Virus record (IMG/VR): IMGVR_UViG_3300031867_000022
Span: 1-64,000 of that record
Length of the DNA stretch: 64,000 nt
Direction: 5' to 3' (one strand)
From: a virus
Taxonomy: Duplodnaviria > Caudoviricetes
Shown here: piece after piece, positions 38,056 through 47,109 of the stretch
Layout: each line of letters starts with the position of its first letter
Position numbering within the stretch: position 1 is the first letter of the stretch
Position numbers and translations under genes: made by a program
Notes under the pieces: generated by a model
What the model was told of the DNA's origin: nothing
What the model saw: only the letters and a program-made list of their open reading frames with translations
Databases searched by the model: none

Positions 38056-39063
38056 TTAGTTATTACTAGCCCAAGGGCCTTGATTATTTGTTTTAGCCCA
38101 GGCAATATATGTTACAATATCACCCCAAGTTACGTTCTTTTGAGCTTCTGTACCTTCTATAATATCATAGAAGTCATCAGCCTGTTTTACGTATTTCTTT
38201 GCATTTGTAGCAAGTTTTCCGTTTGGAGTATTATCGAAGATACCAGTATCATCAGTCTTGCCAGAATCCTACATGGTACGTGTAGCCATGAGGACTTTAC
38301 CATTCATATTAAAACGATACTCATCCGTAAACAAAGAAGACTTCTCAGTATTAAATGTACCGAATTCAAGACCGTCACCACCACCGTGCTCGAACTTAAT
38401 CTTGTTCATGTTACCATCGCCGTCATAACCCTTAGGTTGAATAGCTATGCCGCCATGATCTTCGCAACGAAGATCGATTGCATTAGCACGAAGCTTCAAG
38501 TAACCATACTGTCCGTTTGATGTAGTAGCTTTTTTTGCTTTTACACCGGTTTTGATTTCGAGATTTAGAATGTTGGCTTTATCTGCAGTATTATCTTTTC
38601 CTTCTGCAGTTCTAGCCTTATTCTTCTCACTAATATAAATACCTTTATCTTTAGTAGTAAGAGTAACGTTTGCAGCATTCAGCTGTAGATCTACAGGATA
38701 TTCGTCAATTTCTGCACTATCGGTAGCAGAAACTTCTGCGCCATTAAGAACCTTTACTGAGAGTTCTTCTTGATTACTTCTATGGTGTGAATACAGCGTG
38801 ATATCGTCACCTGGCTTTACCTGCAAATCACTAATAGGTTCTATGTTGATTTTGCCTCCTTTGACTTTATCGCCATCCATGTACTGATCTTCTGCAGTAG
38901 TTACAACGTTAAGGTTGTGTTTACCTTCAGAATCAAAGGACACGTGTGAACCACCTCCGTTTACTTCGTCTACAACTTCGTTCACATACCCAGTAAGACC
39001 ATTCCAATCAGAAGCACTGAGAGTATCTCCAGTTGTTTTTTGTATAAATGTTTGTTTTGTCAT
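38056..39063 (-). CDS. Fibre-like protein (335 aa; one TAG)
   Basis: KTTGDTLSASDWNGLTGYVNE N-terminal motif resembles that of 15830-17737. Confidence 0.6.
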
Positions 39064-39121
39064 ATTGAATCAATATTGTTGGAAGCATTATACTCCCAGT
39101 TATAACAAGTATATATACGCC

Positions 39122-39149
39122 AATAGGGGGCCTTGATAGGTCCCCTATT
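39122..39149. terminator. Stem-loop between dUTPase and the fibre genes
   Basis: AATAGGGGGCC-TTGATA-GGTCCCCTATT. Confidence 0.5.
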
Positions 39150-39238
39150 AACTTATTATATAAATATGATTAAATTTTCATGTTAGAGTGAGGTTTTGCC
39201 ATCCGATGTACGCCACCCCCGAAGCTTTTATTACGTAA

Positions 39239-39799
39239 TTATTGAGCTTCCTCAAGACTGTTTGTAGTCTCGCCGCTTGCTTCTGTTGCGGTCTCAGAGT
39301 TTGTAGGCTCGCCTTTTGTTTCCGGAAGACTCTGAGATCCCGTAGCCGCGCTGTATATTGTTTCGTTTCCAGTGGAACCATAACTGCCCTCTCCGCGTTC
39401 GGTTTCACTTAAAGTTTCAGATTCTTCAAACTGTACATCAGGAACTGGGAGAATGAGAATCTGTGCCATCCTTTCACCTTCTTTATATACAGAGGGTATA
39501 ACATCAGTAGTAGAAACCATCTTTATAGTAACCTCTCCTCTATAACCAGCATCTACTGTACCAGGAGCATTACATTGTCTAAGACTCTTCTTACTAATAG
39601 ATGAACGAGGTACTATAGCTCCGTAATATCCTTCTGGGATTTCAAGCGCAAGGTCTGTATGATATACTAGAACAAGCTGTCCACACTCGTTAATCTCTGT
39701 TGTTATTCGTGTACAAGTTAAGTCAAATCCAGCATCCGTACTATGTGCTTTAGTAGGTGCGATTGCTTTATCTGAAAGTCTTTTAAATTTAATTACCAT
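39239..39799 (-). CDS. dut: dUTPase (trimeric)
   Basis: DAGFDL, PRSS, GTVDAGYRGE, ERMAQ and RGEGSYGSTG motifs. Confidence 0.95.
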   Translation of the reverse strand: MVIKFKRLSDKAIAPTKAHSTDAGFDLTCTRITTEINECGQLVLVYHTDLALEIPEGYYGAIVPRSSISKKSLRQCNAPGTVDAGYRGEVTIKMVSTTDVIPSVYKEGERMAQILILPVPDVQFEESETLSETERGEGSYGSTGNETIYSAATGSQSLPETKGEPTNSETATEASGETTNSLEEAQ

Positions 39800-39824
39800 A
39801 GTTTATATATAAAGTTAGTAATAG

Positions 39825-39899
39825 TGGTCGCCCCACCATCGAGTCGAACCCGGACCTGGAGGGTTAGAGCCTCCCGTGCTACCGCTACACCATGGAGCA
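39825..39899 (-). tRNA. Amber suppressor tRNA (anticodon CTA), tRNA-Gln-like, CCA encoded
   Basis: TGCTCCA/TGGGGCG acceptor, GGTGTAGCGGTAGCAC D arm, GGAGG-CTCTAAC-CCTCC anticodon arm; irregular T stem. Confidence 0.88.
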
Positions 39900-40119
39900 G
39901 GTCCTAACCAGGGGAACGATCCCTGCAGTTTTGATATGCTGTGCCAACAGAAAGGACTCCAATCAACATTTTAACATTTTATGAAACACGTGGAATCGCA
40001 GGACCACGTAACCTGTATTGGCGCTCGTTCGCTGCTTGTTAGTTAGTCTTACGACCTTTCGCATACTATCCGCATTTCAGCGGCCATACGAGCCCTGAGC
40101 ATTTGCTCCCGATGTTATT

Positions 40120-40467
40120 TCACTTCTTCTTGCAGAAAGGTTTCTTAATCCAATTCCACAAGCGCTTGTACCAAGGTTGTTTCTTTTGTGTAGCCTTTAC
40201 AAGAACGTCAAGCAGATCTTTTGCAACTTTTTCGTCTTCTATTGTAGTTACATGACACTTTTCAAAAAGCTCAATATAATTATCAATAACTTCCATTGTA
40301 AGAACTGCACCGAACTTTACAAGCATCTTAGCCTCTTCTGTATCAATAACCATACCTGCACGTACCTTAGCAAGAATATACTCTACATATACATCCTCAG
40401 GACGCTCAATATTAGTATAGTCAACAATAAACTTAGGCTCTTTCTTTGTTTTCTTTGTAGTCTTCAT
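40120..40467 (-). CDS. Hypothetical protein
   Basis: Intact ORF with an amphipathic C-terminus PWYKRLWNWIKK. Confidence 0.7.
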   Translation of the reverse strand: MKTTKKTKKEPKFIVDYTNIERPEDVYVEYILAKVRAGMVIDTEEAKMLVKFGAVLTMEVIDNYIELFEKCHVTTIEDEKVAKDLLDVLVKATQKKQPWYKRLWNWIKKPFCKKK

Positions 40468-40487
40468 AATTCTATATTTATTTCTGA

Positions 40488-40865
40488 TTACGCTGCACAT
40501 TTGCATTCGTCACAACAATCGCAACAGGGAGTTTCTCCCTCAGCCTGTTTGGCTGCCCACTCTTCTTTTGCTTTCTGCTCCATCTTCTGTCGGTTCTTGA
40601 TATTATCCACCCAAGCCTTACATTTTACAGATGTCAGAATATGCTTAGCGAACTTATTATCATAGAACACAAATACAAGATCTCCTTTCTTAGCATCAAT
40701 TTCTTCATGCTTCTCACCGTACTCGTATACGACATGCATCGGCTCTTCCATATAAAAGACCTGACGAATATCATAACGATCTACATTATCGAGTCGTGTT
40801 ACTTCATTGGTCTCTGTGTCTACCGCAATGTTTGTACTACTAGCTGTTAAATATAAAGTCTTCAT
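40488..40865 (-). CDS. Hypothetical protein with a Cys-rich C-terminus
   Basis: Ends PCCDCCDECKCAA. Confidence 0.75.
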   Translation of the reverse strand: MKTLYLTASSTNIAVDTETNEVTRLDNVDRYDIRQVFYMEEPMHVVYEYGEKHEEIDAKKGDLVFVFYDNKFAKHILTSVKCKAWVDNIKNRQKMEQKAKEEWAAKQAEGETPCCDCCDECKCAA

Positions 40866-41077
40866 TTTGAACTGTATTCTTTAGATTTGTTTTCTTTGTA
40901 TCTACGTTTAAGCTTAAACTTGAAGAGTTGATTGAATAGTATATCTCTCGTATCTTCTTCATTTTTCATCTGATCAACAACGCATTTGAATGGATGTTTG
41001 CACACCGTAGCAACCAGATCTTTATCTAAGTCTAAACGCTTTGAAACTTCTTTTATTACTTTGTCTAATTCAATCAT
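40862..41077 (-). CDS. HU/IHF-like small protein
   Basis: VIKEVSKRLDLDKDLV helix pair; ILFNQLFKFKLK. Confidence 0.55.
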   Translation of the reverse strand: MIELDKVIKEVSKRLDLDKDLVATVCKHPFKCVVDQMKNEEDTRDILFNQLFKFKLKRRYKENKSKEYSSK

Positions 41078-41484
41078 GCCTCCATACCGAGGATATCGTA
41101 TAAACGAAGCAATCTGCTATCTTTAAGTAGATCGAATTGAAGTCCTGCAGCATCTCTAAAGATTACAACATCTCCAACTCTAATTTCAGAGCTTGTACCA
41201 ATTACATCACTACCGTTGTAGTAGAGTGGTCGTTTGAGGACTACGCCTCTGCGATAATCAGAATTAACTTCCTTTACCTCTGTTTCAACGTTGTCAAAGT
41301 CTTGTGCTTCAACACCATTTGCATCTTTTACGGGTGTACCAGTTGAAACAGGTTTACTAAACTCTTTAGTTACTTTGATCGGATCCAAGGGCTTTACGAG
41401 GAAAAAGTCAAGAAAATCATATTTGATCTTCGAGGCGACATCCTCAGCAAGTACTGATTGATCAATTGTCTCTTTATCTTCCAT
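41074..41484 (-). CDS. GroES/Cpn10-like co-chaperonin
   Basis: FLVKPL...RRGVVL...IRVGDVVIF...LLRLYDILG. Confidence 0.65.
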   Translation of the reverse strand: MEDKETIDQSVLAEDVASKIKYDFLDFFLVKPLDPIKVTKEFSKPVSTGTPVKDANGVEAQDFDNVETEVKEVNSDYRRGVVLKRPLYYNGSDVIGTSSEIRVGDVVIFRDAAGLQFDLLKDSRLLRLYDILGMEA

Positions 41485-41485
41485 A

Positions 41486-41902
41486 TTACTTCTTCAGGCT
41501 TTTGAGATGATTAAGCACCTTTACAAGATTGTTGAGTACTGTTGTGCGCTCAACCTTCAAGCATTCAGGAGCAGTTGACATATCTTCATCAATGTTATTG
41601 AGTTCATCTGTATACTTGTTATACAGTCTATCAATCTCATCAAAAACATTTACGAAGTTCTTAGACTTTGAACTTTCTGTGACTTCCTCAAGGTATCCCT
41701 CTTTAATGAGCTCCTTGGCATAGTCTTCAGAGATTGAGAAGTTTGAGTTGTAAGTAGAACGAAGCTCACTGTCAGCATCGTCTGTCTTATGAAACTCCTC
41801 ATTGTGTTCAAAAACATACATCTGTGTATCGTTATTGTACTCAAAAGTATCACCAATTTCCATAAACAGGAAAGAATCAGTTACACGTAATGTCTTTGCC
41901 AT
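41486..41902 (-). CDS. Hypothetical protein, first gene of the leftward operon
   Basis: Intact 138-aa ORF. Confidence 0.75.
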   Translation of the reverse strand: MAKTLRVTDSFLFMEIGDTFEYNNDTQMYVFEHNEEFHKTDDADSELRSTYNSNFSISEDYAKELIKEGYLEEVTESSKSKNFVNVFDEIDRLYNKYTDELNNIDEDMSTAPECLKVERTTVLNNLVKVLNHLKSLKK

Positions 41903-42163
41903 TTGTTTAATTTTTATCGTTAATTTGCTGCACTAACGTAGCAAAGTTGAATTTTGGTTGCAAAAATAATAAAATTTTTTAAAAATGCAACTTTTGTGCT
42001 GTTTTTCACGTTATGTGACTGTACTTGGGGGAAGAAGGGGGACTATAGGGGGTTATTAGGGGCCTAGATAATGTTCTAACTATATTATAAATATAATATA
42101 TACTGGCCCTTTCTCTTTGGTACTTTCTCTTTCCCCAGTAAATATTAACGTAATATTAGCTAA
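41903..42163. promoter_or_regulatory. Divergent intergenic region with an inverted repeat and a G-quadruplex motif
   Basis: Strand switch; GTTGCA...TGCAAC (about 41957-41991); G5-N5-G5-N6-G5-N6-G4 at 42027-42062. Confidence 0.6.
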
Positions 42164-42580
42164 ATGAAGAATAAAAAGAAAGCTAGAATAGATACATACA
42201 GCACTATCTACGACATGGATGTAGTAGTAGCTAACGAATTAGTTACTTTAAAGAAACTTAGAGAGCTGTTTGAATATACAGATGGTAAAGAATTAGAAGA
42301 TCTCTATACTGAATGGGATGTTGTCACAGCTCTTCTAAAACGCAAATCTGATGGAGCTTATACTGTACTTGTAAAATTCAATAAGATTTCTGACAGTTTT
42401 GTTTCAAGCGGAGACAAGCTGTTAGATATGATTGATATATGCTCTCATGAAGCTACTCATGTGGCATTGGATATATACAATAATGTATCAGCTAAAGTAG
42501 ATACAGAAAACCAAGAGAATTTTGCCTACTTTGTAGCATATATTGCAGAAAGAATAGCTAAAACACTATTAAACAAATGA
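42164..42580 (+). CDS. HExxH metallopeptidase-like protein
   Basis: SHEATHVA...QENFAY. Confidence 0.65.
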   Translation: MKNKKKARIDTYSTIYDMDVVVANELVTLKKLRELFEYTDGKELEDLYTEWDVVTALLKRKSDGAYTVLVKFNKISDSFVSSGDKLLDMIDICSHEATHVALDIYNNVSAKVDTENQENFAYFVAYIAERIAKTLLNK

Positions 42581-43101
42581 ATGAAATAGAACATAATGCC
42601 ATACTATTTTACGCAGACTTTTTAAGCTTGCAGCGTGAAAATCATCCAGTTACTGATAACTGTAAGTACTTCTTTATTCACGGATTTCCTATAAACAGTG
42701 CATATATAGTAGACATGGAGCCAGAATACGATATAAACGATAAGTATATAGAGTAGGCTTCATAGGAATTTCAAGCTATAAAAGATAAGTATGATGAAGA
42801 TGCAGCAATGACATTTATAGATGATATATGTAGCATAAGAGCGTGTGGTAGTGTTGATGCTGAGAGAATGCTGAAATGTATACATCAATTTAGCAATAGA
42901 TACGAAAAGAAATAGGCAATGAATGCCTACTATAATTGGAAAAAACAATAGTTTTACTCTCATATAACATTTGATGAAAATGGAGACCCCCAAACAAAAC
43001 AATGCACAAGATACGTCAAACACGCTGAAACGAGCCTTGCAAAACGAAAACTACATCAAGGCTATGAAAGTGATGATCCAAGCACACAAGAATGCTATTA
43101 A
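42577..43101 (+). CDS. Hypothetical protein (174 aa; TAG=Gln; missing from the ORF track)
   Basis: ATGA-coupled start MNEIEHNAILFYADFLSL; four in-frame TAGs; ends TAA. Confidence 0.75.
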
Positions 43102-43200
43102 AAACGGACTTTATTCTACTGATTATGAGTGAGTTACATGAAATTGAGCCTTACAACGACGATGACGAAGTAAAGCATACAGACGACGATTATAACAACT

Positions 43201-43686
43201 ATGAGTAAATTTAGTAATATATACGATATTGACGGTAATATTATCCGTAGAGCAGACCAAGGTCCGTTCACATTAGAAGAGACTGAGAAATTAGTAGACG
43301 AACTAACTAAGAAAGTACAAGAAAACCCTGACAATAAAGTATATAAAGTATACTTAAATAACGCCCAAAAGTGGCTTTTTAAGCTTTATAATGAGATGAG
43401 TAGGGAGGAATTGATGAATAGAATGTCATTTGTACAGAATAGTATAGACGAAGCTAAATCTGAAGCCTCAGAAGCTGAACAAAAGCAGCTAGAAGAGATT
43501 AACAATATAATGGAGGAGTTTAAGAAACAGTATGACAACGAGCCCGAAAATACCCCCACAGAGACCGAAGAAGGATCTGGAGGAAGAGGAGAGGATCCTG
43601 AACGAGTGGAACACGATATGGATCAACCTGATGCATCCAAACCAGTGGTGATGGACGAATATGTCGACTTTGAAGAAGTAAAATGA
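43201..43686 (+). CDS. Hypothetical protein with an acidic C-terminus
   Basis: Intact 161-aa ORF. Confidence 0.75.
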   Translation: MSKFSNIYDIDGNIIRRADQGPFTLEETEKLVDELTKKVQENPDNKVYKVYLNNAQKWLFKLYNEMSREELMNRMSFVQNSIDEAKSEASEAEQKQLEEINNIMEEFKKQYDNEPENTPTETEEGSGGRGEDPERVEHDMDQPDASKPVVMDEYVDFEEVK

Positions 43687-44207
43687 GACAAATAAAACGA
43701 ATATTCATACATTGTACTGCAGGTAATCAAAAGTAGACTAAAAATGACCTATTACGAGAGTTCAAAGCTAGAGGATGGAGCGCTCCGGGCTATCACTATG
43801 TCGTATTCCCGGATGGTAGAGTGGATTCACTCCTTGCCGAAGACAAGGTCTCTAACGGAGTCCAAGGGTATAATTCCACAAGTATCAACATTGCCTATGT
43901 TGGGGGAGTCGACAGTAAGCTTAAACCTATCGATAACCGTACACAAGCACAAAAAGACTCACTCTTAGACCTCTTAATATACTTAAAACAACAGTATCCT
44001 AGTGCCCATATAATGGGGCACAGGGATATCTGGGGTAAAAACCCTAAAAATTGGAAGAAATGGTGTCCTTGCTTTGATGCAGAAGCTGAATATGCCAATA
44101 TAGACCAGCTTATAAAGGCTTCTAAAGCTGAAAAAGCCCCAAAACCCATAGATCTTACTAGACCTGACAGACTAGAAAATATAAGAAAATTAGCCCCATG
44201 GAATTAG
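43683..44207 (+). CDS. Endolysin, N-acetylmuramoyl-L-alanine amidase (Amidase_2/T7-lysozyme type; TAG at codon 18)
   Basis: IFIHCTA, GYHYVV, SINIAYVGG, GHRD and KWCPCFD motifs. Confidence 0.92.
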
Positions 44208-44383
44208 AAGAACTAAAAAACTACCTTTATGTATCTATTATATCTGCAGATAATGAAGAATTTACAGAAGAACAAAAACAAGAGGTAATTAGTAGATACG
44301 AATTAACTAAAGATGACCCAGATTGGAGGTTTATACTAGAACCTGTAGATGAAACTGGGAGATTAGCAGAGTTATTTATATGA
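44198..44383 (+). CDS. Hypothetical protein
   Basis: Overlap-coupled ORF. Confidence 0.6.
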   Translation: MELEELKNYLYVSIISADNEEFTEEQKQEVISRYELTKDDPDWRFILEPVDETGRLAELFI

Positions 44384-44748
44384 AAGAAACAGAAGCAACA
44401 GATCAGTATTTAGAATTCTTAAGTAAAGCTATAGATAGAGTTCAAAAGAGCGACTCTAAATCGCTTATGAATATAATGGGAAAGTATGTCTTAGTAGACA
44501 AATATGAATACAAATCATTAATCGAAAAGGCAGATAGATACGATTATAAATGTATGGAAATAAAGTCCAAAATAGAAAACGACTATCACGAACATATTCA
44601 ATGTCTAGAGGATTCTATACACGAGCAAAAGCATAACTTTGACCAATTATCTAAGGATTACTATAAATTAGAAGATAAATATAAGAAGTTGGAAAAGGAA
44701 TTCGCCGCTTATAAAAATAGAGGGTTTTTTAAACGTTTATTTGGATGA
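44380..44748 (+). CDS. Coiled-coil hypothetical protein
   Basis: Ends RGFFKRLFG. Confidence 0.7.
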   Translation: MKETEATDQYLEFLSKAIDRVQKSDSKSLMNIMGKYVLVDKYEYKSLIEKADRYDYKCMEIKSKIENDYHEHIQCLEDSIHEQKHNFDQLSKDYYKLEDKYKKLEKEFAAYKNRGFFKRLFG

Positions 44749-44972
44749 TGAAAGAAACAGCTTTAAACGCGCAGATCGGTGGTTCACATTATAAAGATAT
44801 GGTTATACAGCCCGTAGAATTTATAGAGAGGAACAACCTAGGATTCTGTGTAGGAAATGTAATAAAATATGTATGTCGATATAAGAGTAAGAACGGCATA
44901 GAAGACTTATAGAAGGCTAAACACTATCTAGAAATACTGATAGATATGGAGAGTAATAAGGAGGGGTCCTAA
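44748..44972 (+). CDS. DUF3310 family protein (TAG=Gln)
   Basis: QIGGSHY...IQPVEFI...GFCVGNVIKYVCRYKSKNGIEDL(Q)KAKHYLE. Confidence 0.85.
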
Positions 44973-44993
44973 CAAGGGCTCCTCTTTTTTTTA
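44961..44993 (+). terminator. Rho-independent terminator ending the recoded plus-strand block
   Basis: GAGGGGTCC...GGGCTCCTC followed by a long T run. Confidence 0.8.
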
Positions 44994-45091
44994 TTTTTTA
45001 AAATTTTTTATTTTGTGCATGCAGAGAGATGAAACACCACACCACACACCCCCACACCCAACACAAAAAGGAAACCACCCCCACCCCTTTG

Positions 45092-45136
45092 TCGAATAAG
45101 CCTTCTACTACCGAATGCAATATTGCACAACTTAAA
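45092..45136 (+). promoter_or_regulatory. Repeated upstream element, copy 1 (putative early promoter)
   Basis: TCGAATAAGCCTTCTACTACCGAATGCAATATTGCACAACTTAAA; related copies at 45525 and 45963. Confidence 0.6.
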
Positions 45137-45147
45137 ATGTTATAACA

Positions 45148-45342
45148 ATGAAAGAGATTATCACATGGCAAGCCTCCGTCAAGGTGAATGGCGTTTGGCA
45201 CACAACTGAACCCAAGTCCGACTTAGCAGAAGTTACCAAGCTCGTAGAGCAAATGGTAACAAAACTGTCGTACAAGTACCTCGCGGTAACCTACGTTCGC
45301 AACGTAGCTATCGTGGAAGACAAAACAGTTGAGGCCAAGTAG
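45148..45342 (+). CDS. Hypothetical early protein
   Basis: Follows the repeated element; TAG stop lies within a terminator-like hairpin. Confidence 0.65.
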   Translation: MKEIITWQASVKVNGVWHTTEPKSDLAEVTKLVEQMVTKLSYKYLAVTYVRNVAIVEDKTVEAK

Positions 45343-45524
45343 GCCTCTTCTTGTTGTTTGGTTCGAATAAGGCGCGAGGTACATAGACTGTGTGATATCT
45401 CTTTTAGTGTGAGTACACCCTATATAAGAAGCATAAGTGTAATTGCGTAAAGCCTGAGAACCGCTCGAAGATGATTACAGTAGGCCAGTACCAGGAGGGG
45501 GTGTAACTCACACAAGTTGTGCTA

Positions 45525-45569
45525 TCGAATATTCCTTCTCCTGTCCATTGCAATATTGCACAACTTAAA
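45525..45569 (+). promoter_or_regulatory. Repeated upstream element, copy 2
   Basis: TCGAATATTCCTTCTCCTGTCCATTGCAATATTGCACAACTTAAA. Confidence 0.6.
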
Positions 45570-45580
45570 CGTTTTTAATT

Positions 45581-45928
45581 ATGAAAGTACAAAATGTTGA
45601 GAAGGAATGCGTGGCAAAGACAGGCATTTCAGTTGAGTTCAGTAACAGTGAGATTGACAGTATTACTCGTCTAGTGCTGCGGTTAGACAACGCAATAGAG
45701 GACAAGTGCCGAGAAGCACACACCTTCGTTGAAGCATCTGAAACCGGAGAAAAATACGAAGAGACTGACAAAATCCCTGTTGTGATTAGCCTCAAAGAAG
45801 CAATTCGTATTTCTTGGTTACTTGATGCCATTACTATGAGCAGAGCACGCAAGCCAAGCGACTTGTTCAACCAAGCAGATACAGATTATCTGGCCAAAAT
45901 CGACGAAATCAACAAGGTAGGGGAGTAA
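45581..45928 (+). CDS. Hypothetical early protein
   Basis: Intact ORF followed by the hairpin AGGTAGGGGA-GTAA-TCCCCTACCT. Confidence 0.75.
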   Translation: MKVQNVEKECVAKTGISVEFSNSEIDSITRLVLRLDNAIEDKCREAHTFVEASETGEKYEETDKIPVVISLKEAIRISWLLDAITMSRARKPSDLFNQADTDYLAKIDEINKVGE

Positions 45929-45962
45929 TCCCCTACCTTTCTTACTTCAAATAAGGCGGAAA

Positions 45963-46006
45963 TCGAATAAGCCTTTTACTATCGATTGCAGTAAGAAAAT
46001 TGCATA
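45963..46006 (+). promoter_or_regulatory. Repeated upstream element, copy 3
   Basis: TCGAATAAGCCTTTTACTATCGATTGCA...TTGCATAAC. Confidence 0.55.
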
Positions 46007-46035
46007 ACATTGTTCCATTTAAAACGTTTTAAAGT

Positions 46036-46653
46036 ATGAAGTACAATCTTGAAGACATTAAATTGCGCAAAGTTGCGGAAGGCAAGCAGAATGCAGGTGC
46101 ACTGTTCATTCAGGCCACAGTAGTCAACCCTGACGACATCTGGGAAGAGCCAGGACAGATGACCACGTTCAATGAACGTGTGGTCAAACAGTTTGGACAA
46201 TTCTTGCTTCCAGCACAGCCAGGTGGAAAAGACCAATTTGGTCGTGATGCATGGTTACCCAGTCAGTTGAAGGATGCTACCAAGCCAATTCCTGCCGAAA
46301 TGCTGGTGATGACTCACGCTCAGTTCGAGGAAGTTCCAAGCCCAGGCGGTGTTGAAATGGTTCGCCTCAACGACACTGGTGACGGTCCTGCCGTGAATCC
46401 AAAGAACGGTCAGTTCTATCGTCGTACATCCATTCTGGTGTTGACCAAGAAGGCTGTGGACAACGAGACTGGTGCAGAGCGTTATGCACGCGGTTGGAGC
46501 CCACAAGAGCAGGCCAGCGGAATCTGGAACAACCTGTATGCTCCTGCGTCACAGTTCGACACCAACGCTCAGGGCGGTGTAGCACTCCCAATAGGAGCAG
46601 AGGCACCATTAATAAATAGCGCTTCAGCACCTGGAGTAGCACCAGCAGTTTAA
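46036..46653 (+). CDS. Hypothetical early protein (205 aa)
   Basis: Biased codon usage; terminator AGGGTCGTGTC...GGCACGGCCCTTTT at about 46665-46693. Confidence 0.8.
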   Translation: MKYNLEDIKLRKVAEGKQNAGALFIQATVVNPDDIWEEPGQMTTFNERVVKQFGQFLLPAQPGGKDQFGRDAWLPSQLKDATKPIPAEMLVMTHAQFEEVPSPGGVEMVRLNDTGDGPAVNPKNGQFYRRTSILVLTKKAVDNETGAERYARGWSPQEQASGIWNNLYAPASQFDTNAQGGVALPIGAEAPLINSASAPGVAPAV

Positions 46654-46778
46654 TTCCGCAACGTAGGGTCGTGTCACAAGGCACGGCCCTTTTGCCTTCT
46701 GTCTCGGAGTAAAACAACACATCAGATAGCCAAAATGGAACGATAACCAAGTTTGAATCAATCAACAAAACAAGATAT

Positions 46779-47012
46779 ATGGAAAGAATGGCAATCGAGC
46801 TCACATTTGAGCGTTCAGGAAAAGAGTACGTAGAGCACTGTGAAAATTTCAAAATCACAAGTACTGGTTATGTGGCAATAGACTACTTTGACGGTGGTTA
46901 CAATTGTGTATACAAAGCCAATGAACTAAAAAGTGCAAAAATGGTACTCAAAAAGTCAGTATTCCCAGACATGGAATCGTATTTATACTGGAAAAATGCG
47001 TATAACATGTAA
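46779..47012 (+). CDS. Hypothetical protein
   Basis: Preceded by a TTGAATCAAT leader. Confidence 0.7.
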   Translation: MERMAIELTFERSGKEYVEHCENFKITSTGYVAIDYFDGGYNCVYKANELKSAKMVLKKSVFPDMESYLYWKNAYNM

Positions 47013-47109
47013 CATCTCTGTTTACCACAGACTACAGCTCTATCTCTTCCACAAGGATGATATCTGAAAATAGTCTGTGGTCTTTGTTTGAAATCAATTT
47101 GAACAACAT

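Noticed and set aside
1176-39063. Apparent mass pseudogenisation of structural genes in the ORF track
   Set aside because: The fragments are in frame and the breaks examined are all TAG; TAG=Gln explains them
30567-39063. Diversity-generating retroelement or invertible shufflon on the LRR/fibre genes
   Set aside because: No reverse transcriptase, recombinase, TR/VR pair or inverted gene copies in the window
39800-39824. HDV-like (theta) ribozyme 3' of the suppressor tRNA
   Set aside because: Only 25 AT-rich nt separate the CCA from the dUTPase start
57-41723. Plus-strand ORFs across the late module (for example 9910-10563, 19582-20304, 30856-31410)
   Set aside because: Antisense shadows of real minus-strand genes with no recognisable motifs
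45450-45475. Second hammerhead (CTGAGA...GAA)
   Set aside because: The core does not match CUGANGA...GAAA with three stems
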